Notes: generated from the sequence alone by a model not told the origin. DNA of 64,000 nucleotides from an uncultured delta proteobacterium (GCA_963771175.1 CAVYSY010000039.1:160001-224000), one strand, 5' to 3'; shown: positions 42,154-53,943, counted from the stretch's first letter. Numbers and translations are program-made.

Positions 42154-44559
42154 CTACCCCGCCTTCAGCCGGTTCTTGCGGTACGAGGGGAGGCTGATGC
42201 GGAAGGTGCTGCCCTTGCCCACCTCGCTGGTGGCGGAGATCTCCCCGCCGAAGCCGGTGATGATGCCGTGGCAGATGGAGAGGCCGAGCCCCGTGCCCAC
42301 GCCCACCGGCTTGGTGGTGAAGAAGGGATCGAAGATGCGGTCCAGCACCTCGCGGGACATGCCGCAGCCGGTGTCCTTCACCTCGATGATGGCGTGGTCG
42401 TTCTCGGCGTGCAGCGAGACGCGGATCTCGTTCTTGTCCGACTGGCCCTGCGGGAATGGCGTGGGCGGCGTTGATGAGCAGGTTGAGGAAGACCTGACCG
42501 AAGCGGCGCCTCGCTGCCCTCGCACGAGCGGCACCTCGGACACGTCGCTTCACCACGGTGGCGCGGTGGCGCATCTCGCCGCGGGCCAGCGCCAGCGCCG
42601 AGTCGATGACGCGCCGCAGGTCCACCGCCGTGGGCTGCTCCTCGTCGCCGCGCGAGAACGTCTTCAGGTCCTGGACGATGTAGCCGGACGCGGTTGACGC
42701 CCTCGTTCGTCTCCTCCAGCACCTCCTCGCAGCTCGTCCAGGCGCCCCTTGGGCAGCTCCCCGGTGAGCGCGTGCAGCTCCTCGGTGAGGAAGGACAGGT
42801 TGGAGATGACGAAGGCGAGCGGGTTGTTGATCTCGTGGGCCACGCCCGCGGCGAGCGTACCCACCGAGGCCAGCCGATCCGCCACCACGAGGCGCGCTTG
42901 AATCTGCTTGCGCTCGGTCAGGTCGCGCGCGCTCACCAGGGTGGCGGGCTGGCCGGCGAAGACGAGCCGCAGGCTGCTGATCTCCGCCGTGACGATGCCG
43001 CCGTCGGGAGGCAGGAAGCGGATCTCCCGGACGCGGGGAGCGCCCCTGCCGGGCATGCCGTCGAGCTGGCCAGCGGCGGCGGCCCGGTCCTCCGGGTGGA
43101 CGAAGTCCAGCAGCGAGCGGCCCACCAGCTCATTGGCGGGCAGGCGCAGGAAGGCGCACGCCGAGGGGTTGACGTAGAGCAGCGGCCCGCCCCGGTGGAC
43201 GAAGATGGCCTCGGGCGAGCCCTCGATGAGGGCGCGGAAGCTCTCCTCGGAGCGGCGCAGCGCCTCCTCGGCGGCCTTGCGCTCGGTGATGTCGAAGGAC
43301 ACGCCTCCGAGGAAGCGCCGGCCCGAGCTGTCGCGGGCGATGAACCGGTAGGTGAGGAAGTGGCGCGGCTCGCCCTCGGGCGTGGGGATGACGGTCTCGG
43401 ACACCGAGGGCTGACCGGACTTGAAGGCCTGATCGTCCTGGTCCCTCAGGTGGGCCACCGTCTCCGGCGACATGATCTGCTCGTCGGGGATGGTGCTCAC
43501 GTCCACGCCGGGCGACAGCGCGAAGAAGCGCCGGAAGGGCTCGTTGACGAAGACGCGCCGGCCGGACTCGTCCTTCATGTAGGCCAGCGCCGGGTTGTTG
43601 TTGAGGAACGAGTCGAAGAGGTGCTGGCTCTCCTGCAGCGCCGTGACGATCGACGCCACCTCGGTCATCAGCGCCTGCTTCGCCGCGTGCTCGGCGGCGT
43701 TGCCCATGGCGGCCCCGAGCAGACCGGCCATCAGCTCCAGCGTGCGCTCGTCCGAGTCCACGAAGGCATACGGCACCCCCGAGGAGATGCTCACCACGCC
43801 CACCGTCTGGTTGTCGCGCTTGAGCGGCACGTTGAGCATGGAGCGGAACTTGAACTTGCGCGCCTGCTCCTGGTTGACGCGCGGATCCCGCTCGGAGTCG
43901 TCCGTCCGCAGCACCTCGCCCGTCAGCACGCAGGAGCCAGCGAAGGTGTTGGCGATGGGCAGGCGCGCGCCCTGGAACTGCGCGGAGAAGCCCGTGCCGA
44001 CGCGGTAGAACATCTCCTCGCCCTCGACGAGCGCCACGGCCGCGCCCGTCGCGCCGCAGAGGATCATCGCCCGCTCGGCGATGAGCCGCATCACCACGTC
44101 CAGATCCAGGCCGGCCAGCGCGATGTCGTTCTGCGTCTGGATGATGGCCGCCAGCCGCTCGATCTCCCCGCGCGCGGACTCCTCGTGCGTCTGCCGGCGC
44201 ATGAACGCGTAGCTGCGACGCTCGAACAGCTCCACCCGGGCGCGCACGTCCGCCGGGTGGAAGGGCGCCACCAGGTAGTCGTCCACGCCGATCTCCATCA
44301 GTGGCGTGAGCTCCTGGGCCGCCGAGCTCGCGGCCATGCCGAGCACGAACACCTCGGCGGCGCGGATCTGCGCGCGCAGCCGGCTGAACCACTCGGACTT
44401 CTCGCGGACCAGATCGGCCCCGACGATCAGCACGTCCACCAGGGAGATGGTGGCGGCCGTCACCTCGGGTCCCGGGGCGACCACGACGTCATGGCCCATT
44501 CGGGCGAGCTCCGCCCCGATGGGATGGTCACCGTCGCGACTGAGGAGGAGGAAGCGCAT
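42154..44559 (-). CDS. Hybrid sensor histidine kinase: degenerate REC-GAF-PAS-PAS-HisKA-HATPase (indels in 3' part)
   Basis: [41 protein letters not shown]. Confidence 0.9.
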
Positions 44560-44944
44560 GGAGGGCTGAAGCGGAGATTCTTGGATGCGGGAGATTGCTT
44601 GATCGGAGCCCTTCAGGTCCACCAGGAGCACGACATTCTGGAGGACACGGCTCTCCTGCTGGGTGGAAGCCTACCCTCGTTCGCCGCTCCGAAGGGAGAG
44701 CTGGACTGCTCCGGGGCGGCTGCTGGCCGGCTGCTGGCCCAGGAAACGGCCAGGAGTACGCCGTGTTTGCCTTGTGTGCGACGTTTTCCGGATTTCGACC
44801 TGCTCACTGGTGGTCGGAGTGACCCGGGTCGGGACGGTCCCCCCTGGCATCAAGGCGAGGGCGCCCTATCTCACCCAAGCATCCACCCAGGCAGGCGGAT
44901 GTGTGGGTGGAGCTCGGGGCGGGTCGGTCCGGGGGGATGTCACG

Positions 44945-46096
44945 ATGAAGTGCGTCATCGCGGTGGGATTGTGGATGGTGGCGCTCGGCGCCTGTCAGGT
45001 GGCGACGCTGCCCCAGCAGGTGGAGGAGCGGGAGGAGGTCTCCGCCTCCGAGCTCTTCGGCCCAGACGCCCTCACGGTGATGACGCGCGGCCTGTCCACC
45101 GGAGTCGTCCTGGAGCGGGTGCTGGAGGCGCCCACCCCGGCGGAGCTGCCGGCGCGGACCGCGAAGGCCTTCGAGGCGTTGCACCAGGCGGACCTCGCCA
45201 CCCGGGCGCGGCGACTGGCGGATGAGCTCCAATACGCCCGGCCGCACCTGATCGGGCTGCAGCAGGTAACCGAGGTGCGGCTCCAGTCTCCGGGGGATGC
45301 CATCTTCGGAGGCACCCGGCCGGCGGAGGCGCTGTACCTGGACATGCTGCCCATGCTGCTGGGCGAGCTGGAATCGCGCGGGCTGCACTACCGGGAGGTG
45401 GCCCGGGTGCGGAACGCGGACGTGGAGCTGCCCTTGCTCACCAGCGCCGCGCCCTCCTTCGATGACGTGCGGGTGACGGACTTCGACGTCATCCTCGCGA
45501 GGGCGGACGTGGACGTGAGCGAAGTCCGGACGGGGAACTACCTGGCGCGCCGGGAGGTGGACCGTGCCGGCCTCGGGCCCGTGGAGCTGCGGCGCGGCTG
45601 GGCATCGGTGGCGGCGACGGTGAAGGGCCGGACGTACCGGTTCGTCAGCACGCACCTGGAGCCCGCGCCAGACGAGGCGGGCCTGCGCGTGCAACTGGCG
45701 CAGACGGAGGAGCTGCTCGCGTCGCTGCGCCGCGAGTCCCTGCCGGTGGTGCTGGTGGGAGGCTTCAACACGCCGGCCAACCTGGGGCTGATGGGGGCGC
45801 CCACCTACCGGGAGCTGCTGCTGGCCGGCTACGTGGACGTCTGGACGCGCCGGATGGGACAGGCGGCCTGGAGCAACACGGCGGAGGCGTCGCCCGGAAT
45901 GCCCATGCTGGAGGAGCGCCTCAACCTCGTCCTGGTGCGTCATCCCGTGACGTCCGTGCCCCGGAGGCTCGGCCCGGTGCACGCCTACGTGGTGGGGGGC
46001 TTGCTGGAGGAGTCGCGGTTCGGACCATGGCGGTCGGACCTGTCCGGGGTGGTGGCGCGCCTGCGGATGCCCCTCGCCGCGTCCGTGAGGAACTGA
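44945..46096 (+). CDS. EEP (endonuclease/exonuclease/phosphatase)-fold lipoprotein with degenerate active site
   Basis: Lipobox LGAC; TVMT.., LIGLQ.V, DVILAR, STHLE, VVLVG.FN, SD.SGVVA skeleton. Confidence 0.8.
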   Translation: MKCVIAVGLWMVALGACQVATLPQQVEEREEVSASELFGPDALTVMTRGLSTGVVLERVLEAPTPAELPARTAKAFEALHQADLATRARRLADELQYARPHLIGLQQVTEVRLQSPGDAIFGGTRPAEALYLDMLPMLLGELESRGLHYREVARVRNADVELPLLTSAAPSFDDVRVTDFDVILARADVDVSEVRTGNYLARREVDRAGLGPVELRRGWASVAATVKGRTYRFVSTHLEPAPDEAGLRVQLAQTEELLASLRRESLPVVLVGGFNTPANLGLMGAPTYRELLLAGYVDVWTRRMGQAAWSNTAEASPGMPMLEERLNLVLVRHPVTSVPRRLGPVHAYVVGGLLEESRFGPWRSDLSGVVARLRMPLAASVRN

Positions 46097-46107
46097 CTCC
46101 CGCGCCC

Positions 46108-47058
46108 CTACTCCACCTGGATGAGGGTGACGCGCTTGGGGTTGAACTTGGGGATGGCCTTGCGGTCGACGAGGTCCACCACGTCGAACTTGAGCGGCGG
46201 GAGGGTCGGCGGCGGCTGGAAGGTGAAGCGGTAGACGCTGCGAATGGAGTCCCGGTGTCCCACCACCTCGGGAGGCGGAGCCGGGAGCGATGCGGCGGCG
46301 GCGCGCAGGTCCGCGAGCACCTCCTCGTCCATGCTCGGGTCGCACGAGGGGAAGCGGATGGAGACCTCTTGGAGCCTGCCCGAGGGCGCCTGGACGAGAC
46401 GCAGCTCCACCTCGCAGGTGCGGCCCGACCTGCGCCGGGCGGAGGTGCCCGTGGCACGCCACGCCGCGAGCAGCACGTCCTGGAGCTGGCCGAAGTAGGC
46501 GTGGACGAAACCACTGCGCACCTTCTGCTGGGCCACGAGCTCGCGCACCATCTCGCCGGGGCCCTTGGGCTCGGGAGCGCGCAGCCGGGTGCCCGGCGCG
46601 CCGGTGCCTGGCTCCGTACCAGGGCGCGAACCCGGGGACACCTGCGCGGAAACCTCCGGGAGGCTCCGGGGCAGCAGGGACTCGCCGCGAACGGGGAAGT
46701 CGGACGTCAGCGCCCGAGGACCCGAGGGGACGTCCGACGCCGCGGAGGCGGAGGCCTTGGAGTCGGTGGAAGCGACGGGAGTCTCTGGCACCTGGGGAGC
46801 CGGAGCCAGCTGAGGGGCCTGTGCGCGCTTCTGGGGCCGCCGGGTCGGCGGGGCCGCGGGAGGAGGCGGAGCGGGTGCGCGGACCACCGGGGCGGGGGGC
46901 CGGGTCACCTCGTGGATCTCCATCTCGACCACCTCGGAGGCCGGAGAGGCGCGGGGCGGAGTCTCCTGGAGCCACAACGCCCGGAAGAGGAAGACGTGCA
47001 GCACGACGCTCGCCGCGATGGCAAGGACGAGAGGCAGGCGGGAGCGGGAACGAGCCAC
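46108..47058 (-). CDS. TonB-like protein (TM anchor, Pro-rich linker, TonB/TolA C-terminal domain)
   Basis: SVVLH in the TM; Pro-rich linker; C-terminal PSCDPSMDEE..A...LPAPP. Confidence 0.75.
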   Translation of the reverse strand: MARSRSRLPLVLAIAASVVLHVFLFRALWLQETPPRASPASEVVEMEIHEVTRPPAPVVRAPAPPPPAAPPTRRPQKRAQAPQLAPAPQVPETPVASTDSKASASAASDVPSGPRALTSDFPVRGESLLPRSLPEVSAQVSPGSRPGTEPGTGAPGTRLRAPEPKGPGEMVRELVAQQKVRSGFVHAYFGQLQDVLLAAWRATGTSARRRSGRTCEVELRLVQAPSGRLQEVSIRFPSCDPSMDEEVLADLRAAAASLPAPPPEVVGHRDSIRSVYRFTFQPPPTLPPLKFDVVDLVDRKAIPKFNPKRVTLIQVE

Positions 47059-47104
47059 ACCTCATCTTCCGACGAATCGGAGGCGCGGGCTACAGTGGCG
47101 AGCC

Positions 47105-47887
47105 GTGAGTGTCCATCCGGGAGTCCTGGTCGCCGAGCAACCACACTACCTGCCCTGGCTGGACTTCTACGAGCAGGTGGCGAGGGCGGACACACTGCTG
47201 GTGCTGGACAATGTGCAGTGGCTGCGACGGGGCTGGCAGCGGAGGACCCGAGTAGCCCTGCCGCCGGGCACTCCCCTGCCCGCTCCCACGGAGCCGGCCT
47301 TCCAGTGGATGACGATTCCGCTGGAGGGCGCGCACCGGGACACGCTCATCTCCGAGCTGGCGCTGGACACGAGCCAGCCGTGGACACGCAAGCACCTGGC
47401 GACGCTGACGATGCTGTACGGGCGGAGGCCCTATTTCCGAACGCAGGTGCTGCCGAGACTGGAGTCCTTCTACGAAGAGGCGGCGAAGGATCGGGGACCG
47501 GGCTCGCTGCTGCGCACGCTGATGGCGAGCACGGCGCTCTTCTACGAGCCGCTGGGGTTGAAGCCGAGGGTACAGCTCGCCTCCCCGATGGACCGCTCGC
47601 ACCCGGACAAGACGGGGCGGCTGGTGTCGTACTGCACGCAGCTCGGGCTGGACACGTACTACTCGGCGATAGGCTCGCAGTACCTCAAGCCGGGGCCCTT
47701 CAGGGACGCGGGGGTGCGGCTGCTGTGGCAGAAGTTCCGCTACCCCGCGTACGACCAGGGCCGGAAGGGCGAGCGCTTCGTGGTGGGCCTGTCCATCGTG
47801 GACGTCCTGTCGAACGTCCCCGTGGACGAGGTGCGCCGGTGGCTCGAACCCTCCCCGTGGGGACCCTTCGCGAGGTCCCCACCTTGA
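47105..47887 (+). CDS. WbqC-family protein
   Basis: QPHYLPWLDFY, DNVQW..GWQRR, LSIVDVL. Confidence 0.85.
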   Translation: MSVHPGVLVAEQPHYLPWLDFYEQVARADTLLVLDNVQWLRRGWQRRTRVALPPGTPLPAPTEPAFQWMTIPLEGAHRDTLISELALDTSQPWTRKHLATLTMLYGRRPYFRTQVLPRLESFYEEAAKDRGPGSLLRTLMASTALFYEPLGLKPRVQLASPMDRSHPDKTGRLVSYCTQLGLDTYYSAIGSQYLKPGPFRDAGVRLLWQKFRYPAYDQGRKGERFVVGLSIVDVLSNVPVDEVRRWLEPSPWGPFARSPP

Positions 47888-47896
47888 CCCGGGACC

Positions 47897-49661
47897 TCAG
47901 CGCCCCGCGTTGCCCTTGTCGAACCGGACGAAGTAGCTCCTCACCGCGGCGTCGATGAGCTCCTGATCGAGCTGCGGCTCCATGCCCCGGTAGTGGGCCA
48001 TGTCGATCATCTGATCGAGCAGGTCGCGCGGCTGGCACGCGGCGAAGCGGCGGCCGACGGGCTTGTAGTGCCTGTCGATGAGGTACTGCACCATCTCCGA
48101 GTCATAGGGCACGCCACGCTTCTCGCACATGACCTCGAAGATCTGGTGGAACAGGTCCTCATCGGGAGGCTGGACCTCGAGCTTGTAGCGGACGCGGCGG
48201 AGGAAGGCGTCGTCGACGAGGTCGCTCGGATCCAGGTTGGTGGAGAAGGCGGCGAAGACGTCGAAGGGCACCTGCACCTTCTTGCCGGTGTGGAGGGTGA
48301 GCATGTCGACGTCACTCTCCAGCGGGACGATCCACCGGTTGAGCAGGTCCTTGGGGGAGACCTTCTGCCGGCCGAAGTCGTCGATGAGGAGCATCCCGTT
48401 GATGGCCTTCATCTGGAAGGGAGCCTCGTAGTACTTGACCTCGGGCGAGTAGACGAGGTCGAGCATCTCGCAGCGTGAGCTCACCGCCCACGACGACGAG
48501 GGGCCTGCGGCAGCGCACCCAGCGCCGGTCATAGGGAGGCGAACCGGAATCCTCCTCGATGGGCTTGTGCAGGTTGCTGTCGAAGATGCGGACGACGAAG
48601 TCGTCGATGAGGATGGCATGGGGGATGAAGATCTCCCCATCGAAGCAGTTGACCATGCCCTGGCAGATGGCCGTCTTGCCGTTGCCGGGGGGCCCGTAGA
48701 AGAAGATGGCGCGGCCCGAGTTCATGGCGGGGCCGATGCCGTCGAAGATGTAGTCGCGGATGATGAGGTCGCCGAACTTGTCCTCCATCCGCTGGCGGGT
48801 GATGCGGTTGCCGCGGACGGTCTGCTTGCGCACGACGTCGATCCAATCCTGCAGGCGGATGGGAGCGGGACCGTTGTAGCGGTTGCGGTCGAGGATCTGC
48901 CGCAGCACGTCCGTGGCGAACGTGGTGAGCTGGTAGATCATCGTGGACTTGCCCACGCCCGAGCCGCCACCGCCGCGGATGTCGATGTACTTCTGCCGGC
49001 GCAGGCCCTCGATGACGTCCTCGACGATGGAGGTGGGCAGCTTGAGGCGGTTGGCGATGTCCAGGCCCCGCATCTCGCCGGCGTAGAAGATGGCCTTGAG
49101 GATGAGCTCCTCGACCATGCTGGCGGTGAGACCGGTGTCCTCGAGCGAGCGCGGCTGGGCGGGCCAGAAGCGCCAGCCAGCCCCGCCCCCCTCCTCGGCC
49201 GCGGGGGCGGCGGCACGGCGCGGCTGGGTGGAGCCGGCGGGCCGGCGCTCGGAGGCCATGTCGATGCCCGGCCCGGGAGCAGCCGTGCGGCGCTGGGGCT
49301 CGACGATGACGGAGGGTTGGTCCATGGCCGGCACGGGCGGGCCCGAGCGCCTGTCCGCGGGCCCGGGAGGATGCTGCTCCGTGGGGCTCGGGGCCGTGCG
49401 GCGCTGCTCGGGGCTCGCGGGGCGGCGCTCGAGGAAGGGGCTGGGACCGGCGGGACGGCGCTCGGGGGCACCCTGGGCCGGGGGCCGTGCAGGGCCACCC
49501 GGGGCCGCCCCTGCGGGCGCTCGGGGCCGGGGAGGCGAGGAGAGCACGTTCCCGGCGGCGGGCGTGACGCCCTCTCTGGGAAGGGTGCTGCTCGTATCGG
49601 TCTGGAACTCGGGGGGCTCGAATCCGGGGGGATTCGCCCCCGGCCTCCGCTGCTCGGCCAT
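47897..49661 (-). CDS. AAA-type ATPase with winged-helix domain and disordered N-terminus (frameshift near 48470)
   Basis: YNGPAP, GPPGNGKT, VGGELT, EAPFQMKA.NG..LIDDFGRQ, FSTNL, DAFLRR. Confidence 0.85.
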
Positions 49662-49783
49662 GCTTGCTCCGGGTTGAGGCGACCGAGTCTAGCAGGAAGT
49701 GGCCGGGAGACTGTTTCCGGAGGTGAAAAAGGGGTGCGAGACACGGGCTCCCCCCGTGCCGGCTCGATGCTAGCTTGGCGGGT

Positions 49784-51446
49784 ATGAGCTTCTTCCAGGA
49801 ACCGCCGAGGCTTGGAAACCAGTACGACGACGACGCGCTGCTCCGGAGCTACCTCGCCCGGGTATTGCCGCAGGAGATGCGGGCCGGGCTGGAGGGCGAG
49901 TTCCGCGAGCTGGGCGAGCTGGGAGGCAGGTACTTCTACGAGTTCCAGCTCAGGGACCGACTGAACGAGCCCGAGCTGACGCAGTGGGACGCCTGGGGCA
50001 ACCGGGTGGACCACATCGAGGTGTCGCCGCTGTGGAAGGAGGCGGAGGCGCTGGCGGCGAAGCGGGGGCTGGTGGCGGTGGCGTACGAGCAGAAGAGCGG
50101 CGAGCTCTCGCGGGTGCACCAGTTCACGCTGAACTACCTGGTGCAGCCGTCGCTGGACGTCTACTCGTGCCCGCTGGCGATGACGGACGGGGCGGCGCGG
50201 ACGCTGCTGTCGCTGGGGAACCAGGAGCTGATCCAGCGCGCCCTGCCCCACCTGACGTCGAGGGACCCGGCGACGTTCTGGACGTCGGGGCAGTGGATGA
50301 CGGAGCGGACGGGCGGCTCGGACGTGGGGCTGACGCAGACGGTGGCGAGGAAGTCGCCCGAGGGGTGGAAGCTGTACGGAACGAAGTGGTTCACCTCGGC
50401 GACGACGGCGCAGATGGCGCTGACGCTGGGGAGGCCGGAGGGGAACGGACCGGGGGGCAAGGGGCTGGCGATCTTCTACGTGGAGACGCGAGGGGCGGAC
50501 GGGAGGCTGAACGGCATCAGCATCAACCGGCTGAAGGACAAGCTGGGGACGAGGAAGGTGCCGACGGCGGAGCTGACGCTGGACGGGACGCTGGCGGTGC
50601 CGGTGGCGGGGCTGACGGACGGCATCCGGAACATGTCGTCGATGCTGAACGTGACGCGGACGTGGAACGCGATGGGCGCGACGTGGAGCATGCGTCGGGC
50701 GCTGGCGCTGGCGAGGGACTACGCGAGCAAGCGGGTGCAGTTCGGGGCACCGCTGTCGGAGAAGCCGCTGCACGTGGACACGCTGGCGGGGCTGGAGGCC
50801 GAGTTCCACGGAGGCTTCCTGCTGGCGTTCCGGGCGGTGGAGCTGCTGGGGAAGCTGGAGGCGAGGACGGCGACGGAGGAGGAGCTGCTGCTTGCAGCGG
50901 CTGGTGACGCCGTTGGCGAAGCTGACGACGGGGCGGCAGGTGGTGCACGTGACGTCGGAGGCGGTGGAGAGCTTCGGCGGAGCGGGCTACGTGGAGGACA
51001 CGGGGCTGCCGAGGATGCTGGCGGACGCGCAGGTGCTGTCCATCTGGGAGGGGACGACGAACGTGCTCTCGCTGGACACGCTGCGGGCGATGGCGAAGGG
51101 CGGCTCGCTGGAGGCGCTGTACGCGGACGCGGAGCGGCGGCTGGGAGCGGCGAAGGACGCGGGCCTGCGGCCGTGCGTGGCGGCGGCGCACGACTCGCTG
51201 GAGAAGGCACGGGCGTGGGTGATGAAGGCGATGGAGAACCCGGCGGGGGTGGAGGCCGGGGCGCGGCGGTTCTCGCTGACGCTGGGCCGCACCTACGAAC
51301 TGGCGCTGCTGGTGGAGCACGCGCAGTGGTGCCTGGACAACGGGCACGGCCCGAGGGCCATGGCCGCGGCGCGGCGACTCATGCGCAACGGCGTGGACCT
51401 GATCGCCGACATGGACCTGGACGACTCACGACTGCTGGTGTCGTAG
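49784..51446 (+). CDS. Acyl-CoA dehydrogenase (AidB/ACAD11-like; frameshift near 50890)
   Basis: SCPLAMTDGA, GQWMTERTGGSDV, RLKDKLGT, FGGAGYVED, IWEGTTNV. Confidence 0.9.
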
Positions 51447-51513
51447 GTCACCCCATGGCGCAGGACAACCAGGCCCCTCTCATTGCGAGAGAATGGAGAG
51501 GGGCCGACCCAGC

Positions 51514-52370
51514 TCAGGGCACGGGATTGCCGCGCTCTTCCGCCTGCGCTCCAGCTCGCGCGAATCGCACCATTTCCTGAAGGATGGCGGGTTGGTCGAG
51601 CACGTCATTGTGGTGCTTCCCTTCAAGAATGCGCGTGGTGGCACTCGGGAACAGCGTCCCCAGTCGCTGCCCCATGTCCACGGGAATGACCTCATCCTGC
51701 GTCCCGTGGACGATGAGCACTGGCAGCTTGAGCCCGGGTGCCTTGGCCGCACTGTCGAACGGATCCCTCACGAGCAGGCTCGCGGGGAGCCACGGGAAGA
51801 CCCTCGCCCCTACCTCCACGATCGAGGTGTAGGGCGTGATGAGCACCAGCCGCGCGCCATGGCCCCGCTTCGCCATCTCGACCGCCACGCCCGAACCGAG
51901 CGACTGCCCCTGCAGCACCGTGAGCTCCCGAGGCACGCTCAACGCTCCGTGTAGATGCTCCAGTGCGGTCTCCGCTGCGGCGTAGATGCCTGCCTCGGAA
52001 AGACCCTGCCCCGCCGCGAGCCCGTAGCCCGGATACTCCACCGCGTAGAAGCCGAGTCCCTCCTCCTGGAAGTGCTGCGCCAGCCACTCGGTGCTCGCGA
52101 GTTGCTCACCGTTGCCGTGGAAATGCACCACCGTCGGTGCCCCAACGGGCGCGGGCACATGCAGCGCGATACACCGTCGACCCCTCTGGTCCGGGAATGC
52201 GCAGGAGCGTGGCTCCGGGCAGCGATGGCTCGCGGGCCCCCGGTGGCACCGGGAATACGATCTGCCTCTGGCTGAGGAACACCAGCAGGCAGAGACCCAC
52301 GTACGCGATGACCAGCGTGGCCAGAATCAGCGAGCAGCATCCGCCTCGCCCTTTGGAGAAAACGTTCCAT
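51514..52370 (-). CDS. Alpha/beta hydrolase (frameshifts in 5' part)
   Basis: HFHGNGE, EYPGYG, GQSLG, HGTQDEVIP, HHND. Confidence 0.85.
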
Positions 52371-52402
52371 GACGGAAGATTAACGCACCCGCGCTCCCAT
52401 CC

Positions 52403-52753
52403 CTATTCAGGATCCAAGGCCCAGGTCCCCTCTTCCCAGCGCTTCAGCGCCTCCCGAGCTTCAAAAGCAGCCAGTCCTACCCCCTTGGCGATCTCCTCCA
52501 AGACTACTTTGGCTTCCGCCGTCCGATGGCGGAGCAGGTAGACCGCAGCCATGCCTCGCACATCCACTCGTGGGTGCGTGAATAGCACGGCGAGCGCATC
52601 CCGTCCGGCATCACCCTAAGCACGCAGCTTTTTGAACGCGTCGCGACGCTTCGGGGCGTGCTTGTTTCCTGTCTTGGCGTTTCCGCGGAAGATCGCATCG
52701 ATCTGCGCCGCCGTATGCTGGGCGAATGCCTCAACAAGATCTACAAGATTCAT
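52403..52753 (-). pseudogene. Orphan DUF2019-like immunity gene with in-frame TAG at 52616-52618
   Basis: MNLVDLVEAFAQHTAAQIDAIFRGNAKTGNKHA...KLRA*GDAGRDALAVLFTHPRVDVR...WEEGTWALDPE, colinear with 21707-22066. Confidence 0.8.
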
Positions 52754-52783
52754 TATCGAGCCCCCTCTTCCGCAAGAGGAAAA

Positions 52784-53155
52784 TCAAAGGGGCTTGAACG
52801 TGCCCGCCTTCCACTGTTCTAGCGTCCACTCCGCTGAAAAGCCAATCAGACCGTTAGGGGCTTTAGCGAGTTCGGTAAGCACCCGTTCCCCCTCATCTGG
52901 TGCGAACTCCAAGACCGATGCAGCAACCCAGCAACGGGTGCCCAGGTCTGGATCATCGAGCAATCTCAACAACTGTCGCTGCGCATCTAGACCTCTTGCA
53001 CGCAACTCCCTGTCGATTGCGACGAGAAGATCGAACATGCGATTTCCGTCCTTTGGCTTGCCCGCATAAATGGCCCGCCACCTCTCAGCGGAAAGAATCC
53101 TGGTTTTTTCAATGAGCTGCTCCGTTGAGAGTTTCTTCACCTCTGCCTTTTTCAT
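52784..53155 (-). CDS. Cognate immunity protein (DUF2019-like) of the split toxin
   Basis: ATGA overlap with the toxin stop; ELRARG.DA...LL.LLD.PD...R..A...L...W..G. Confidence 0.8.
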   Translation of the reverse strand: MKKAEVKKLSTEQLIEKTRILSAERWRAIYAGKPKDGNRMFDLLVAIDRELRARGLDAQRQLLRLLDDPDLGTRCWVAASVLEFAPDEGERVLTELAKAPNGLIGFSAEWTLEQWKAGTFKPL

Positions 53156-53943
53156 GGAATGACCCCGAACTGCCTAAGAACCTTCAACCCGAAAGCGCGC
53201 TGTTCCTCATAGGACTTCGTGCGGAGCCATTCACGCACTACCAGACCACCCGTATCCCGGGATTTGGACGAGTAAAAGGCGCTTATTGCGTCATGCTTTG
53301 ACTTCTCGATCGCAATCACATTCTCGGTGTTGTGAATGGCTTCCGGACCGAAGCGCTCGATGTTCGCCTTGCGCTGTTCGACGATGTGGTGCCAGTGCTT
53401 GCCCTCACCTGCCGGCCCCATGAAGTCCTTGAAGTCATCAAAGGACTTGAACGCACGATAGCCGTTGGGAAGAAGCCTGCCCTCCTTGGGGATCCCACTC
53501 CCGCCTGCGGAGGACTTACCACCGCCGCTCCGGGCAGACATGGCAACGGCCGTGACCGGCAGGACAACTCGGATCGTCCCCTCGGGCACGGAGACGATGA
53601 CCCGCTCGGCCCCGGTTGCCGCATCCACCATGCGCAAGCCGGCGTTGACCTCTACTGCCCTCGAGGCTTGTCCAAAGCCCGGTAGCTTTGGTGCCTTGGA
53701 CACGAGTGCCGCGGTTTCGCCTACGGCCGCCGTCCCCACCATGACGAGAATGCGCACGCTGTTGGGGCCAATGACCCGCCCGAACCGCTCGCCCGCCTCG
53801 CGTAGTTCCGCGAAGGTGGAGGCTCGCGCCGCGTCCTCGGAGAGCTGCGCATACGCCCGGATCAGGTCGAAGAATTCCCATCCGAGGTAGCCCCACATGA
53901 GCACCGTAAACGCAGCGGCCACGCCCTTCGTGACCGGCTCGGG
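53152..53943 (-). pseudogene. 3' half of a SitA5-like toxin (nuclease tip), interrupted by the element
   Basis: PEPVTKG...GYLGWEFF...FGRVIGPNSVRIL...WHHIVEQ...IHNTEN; colinear with 20277-21710. Confidence 0.9.
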
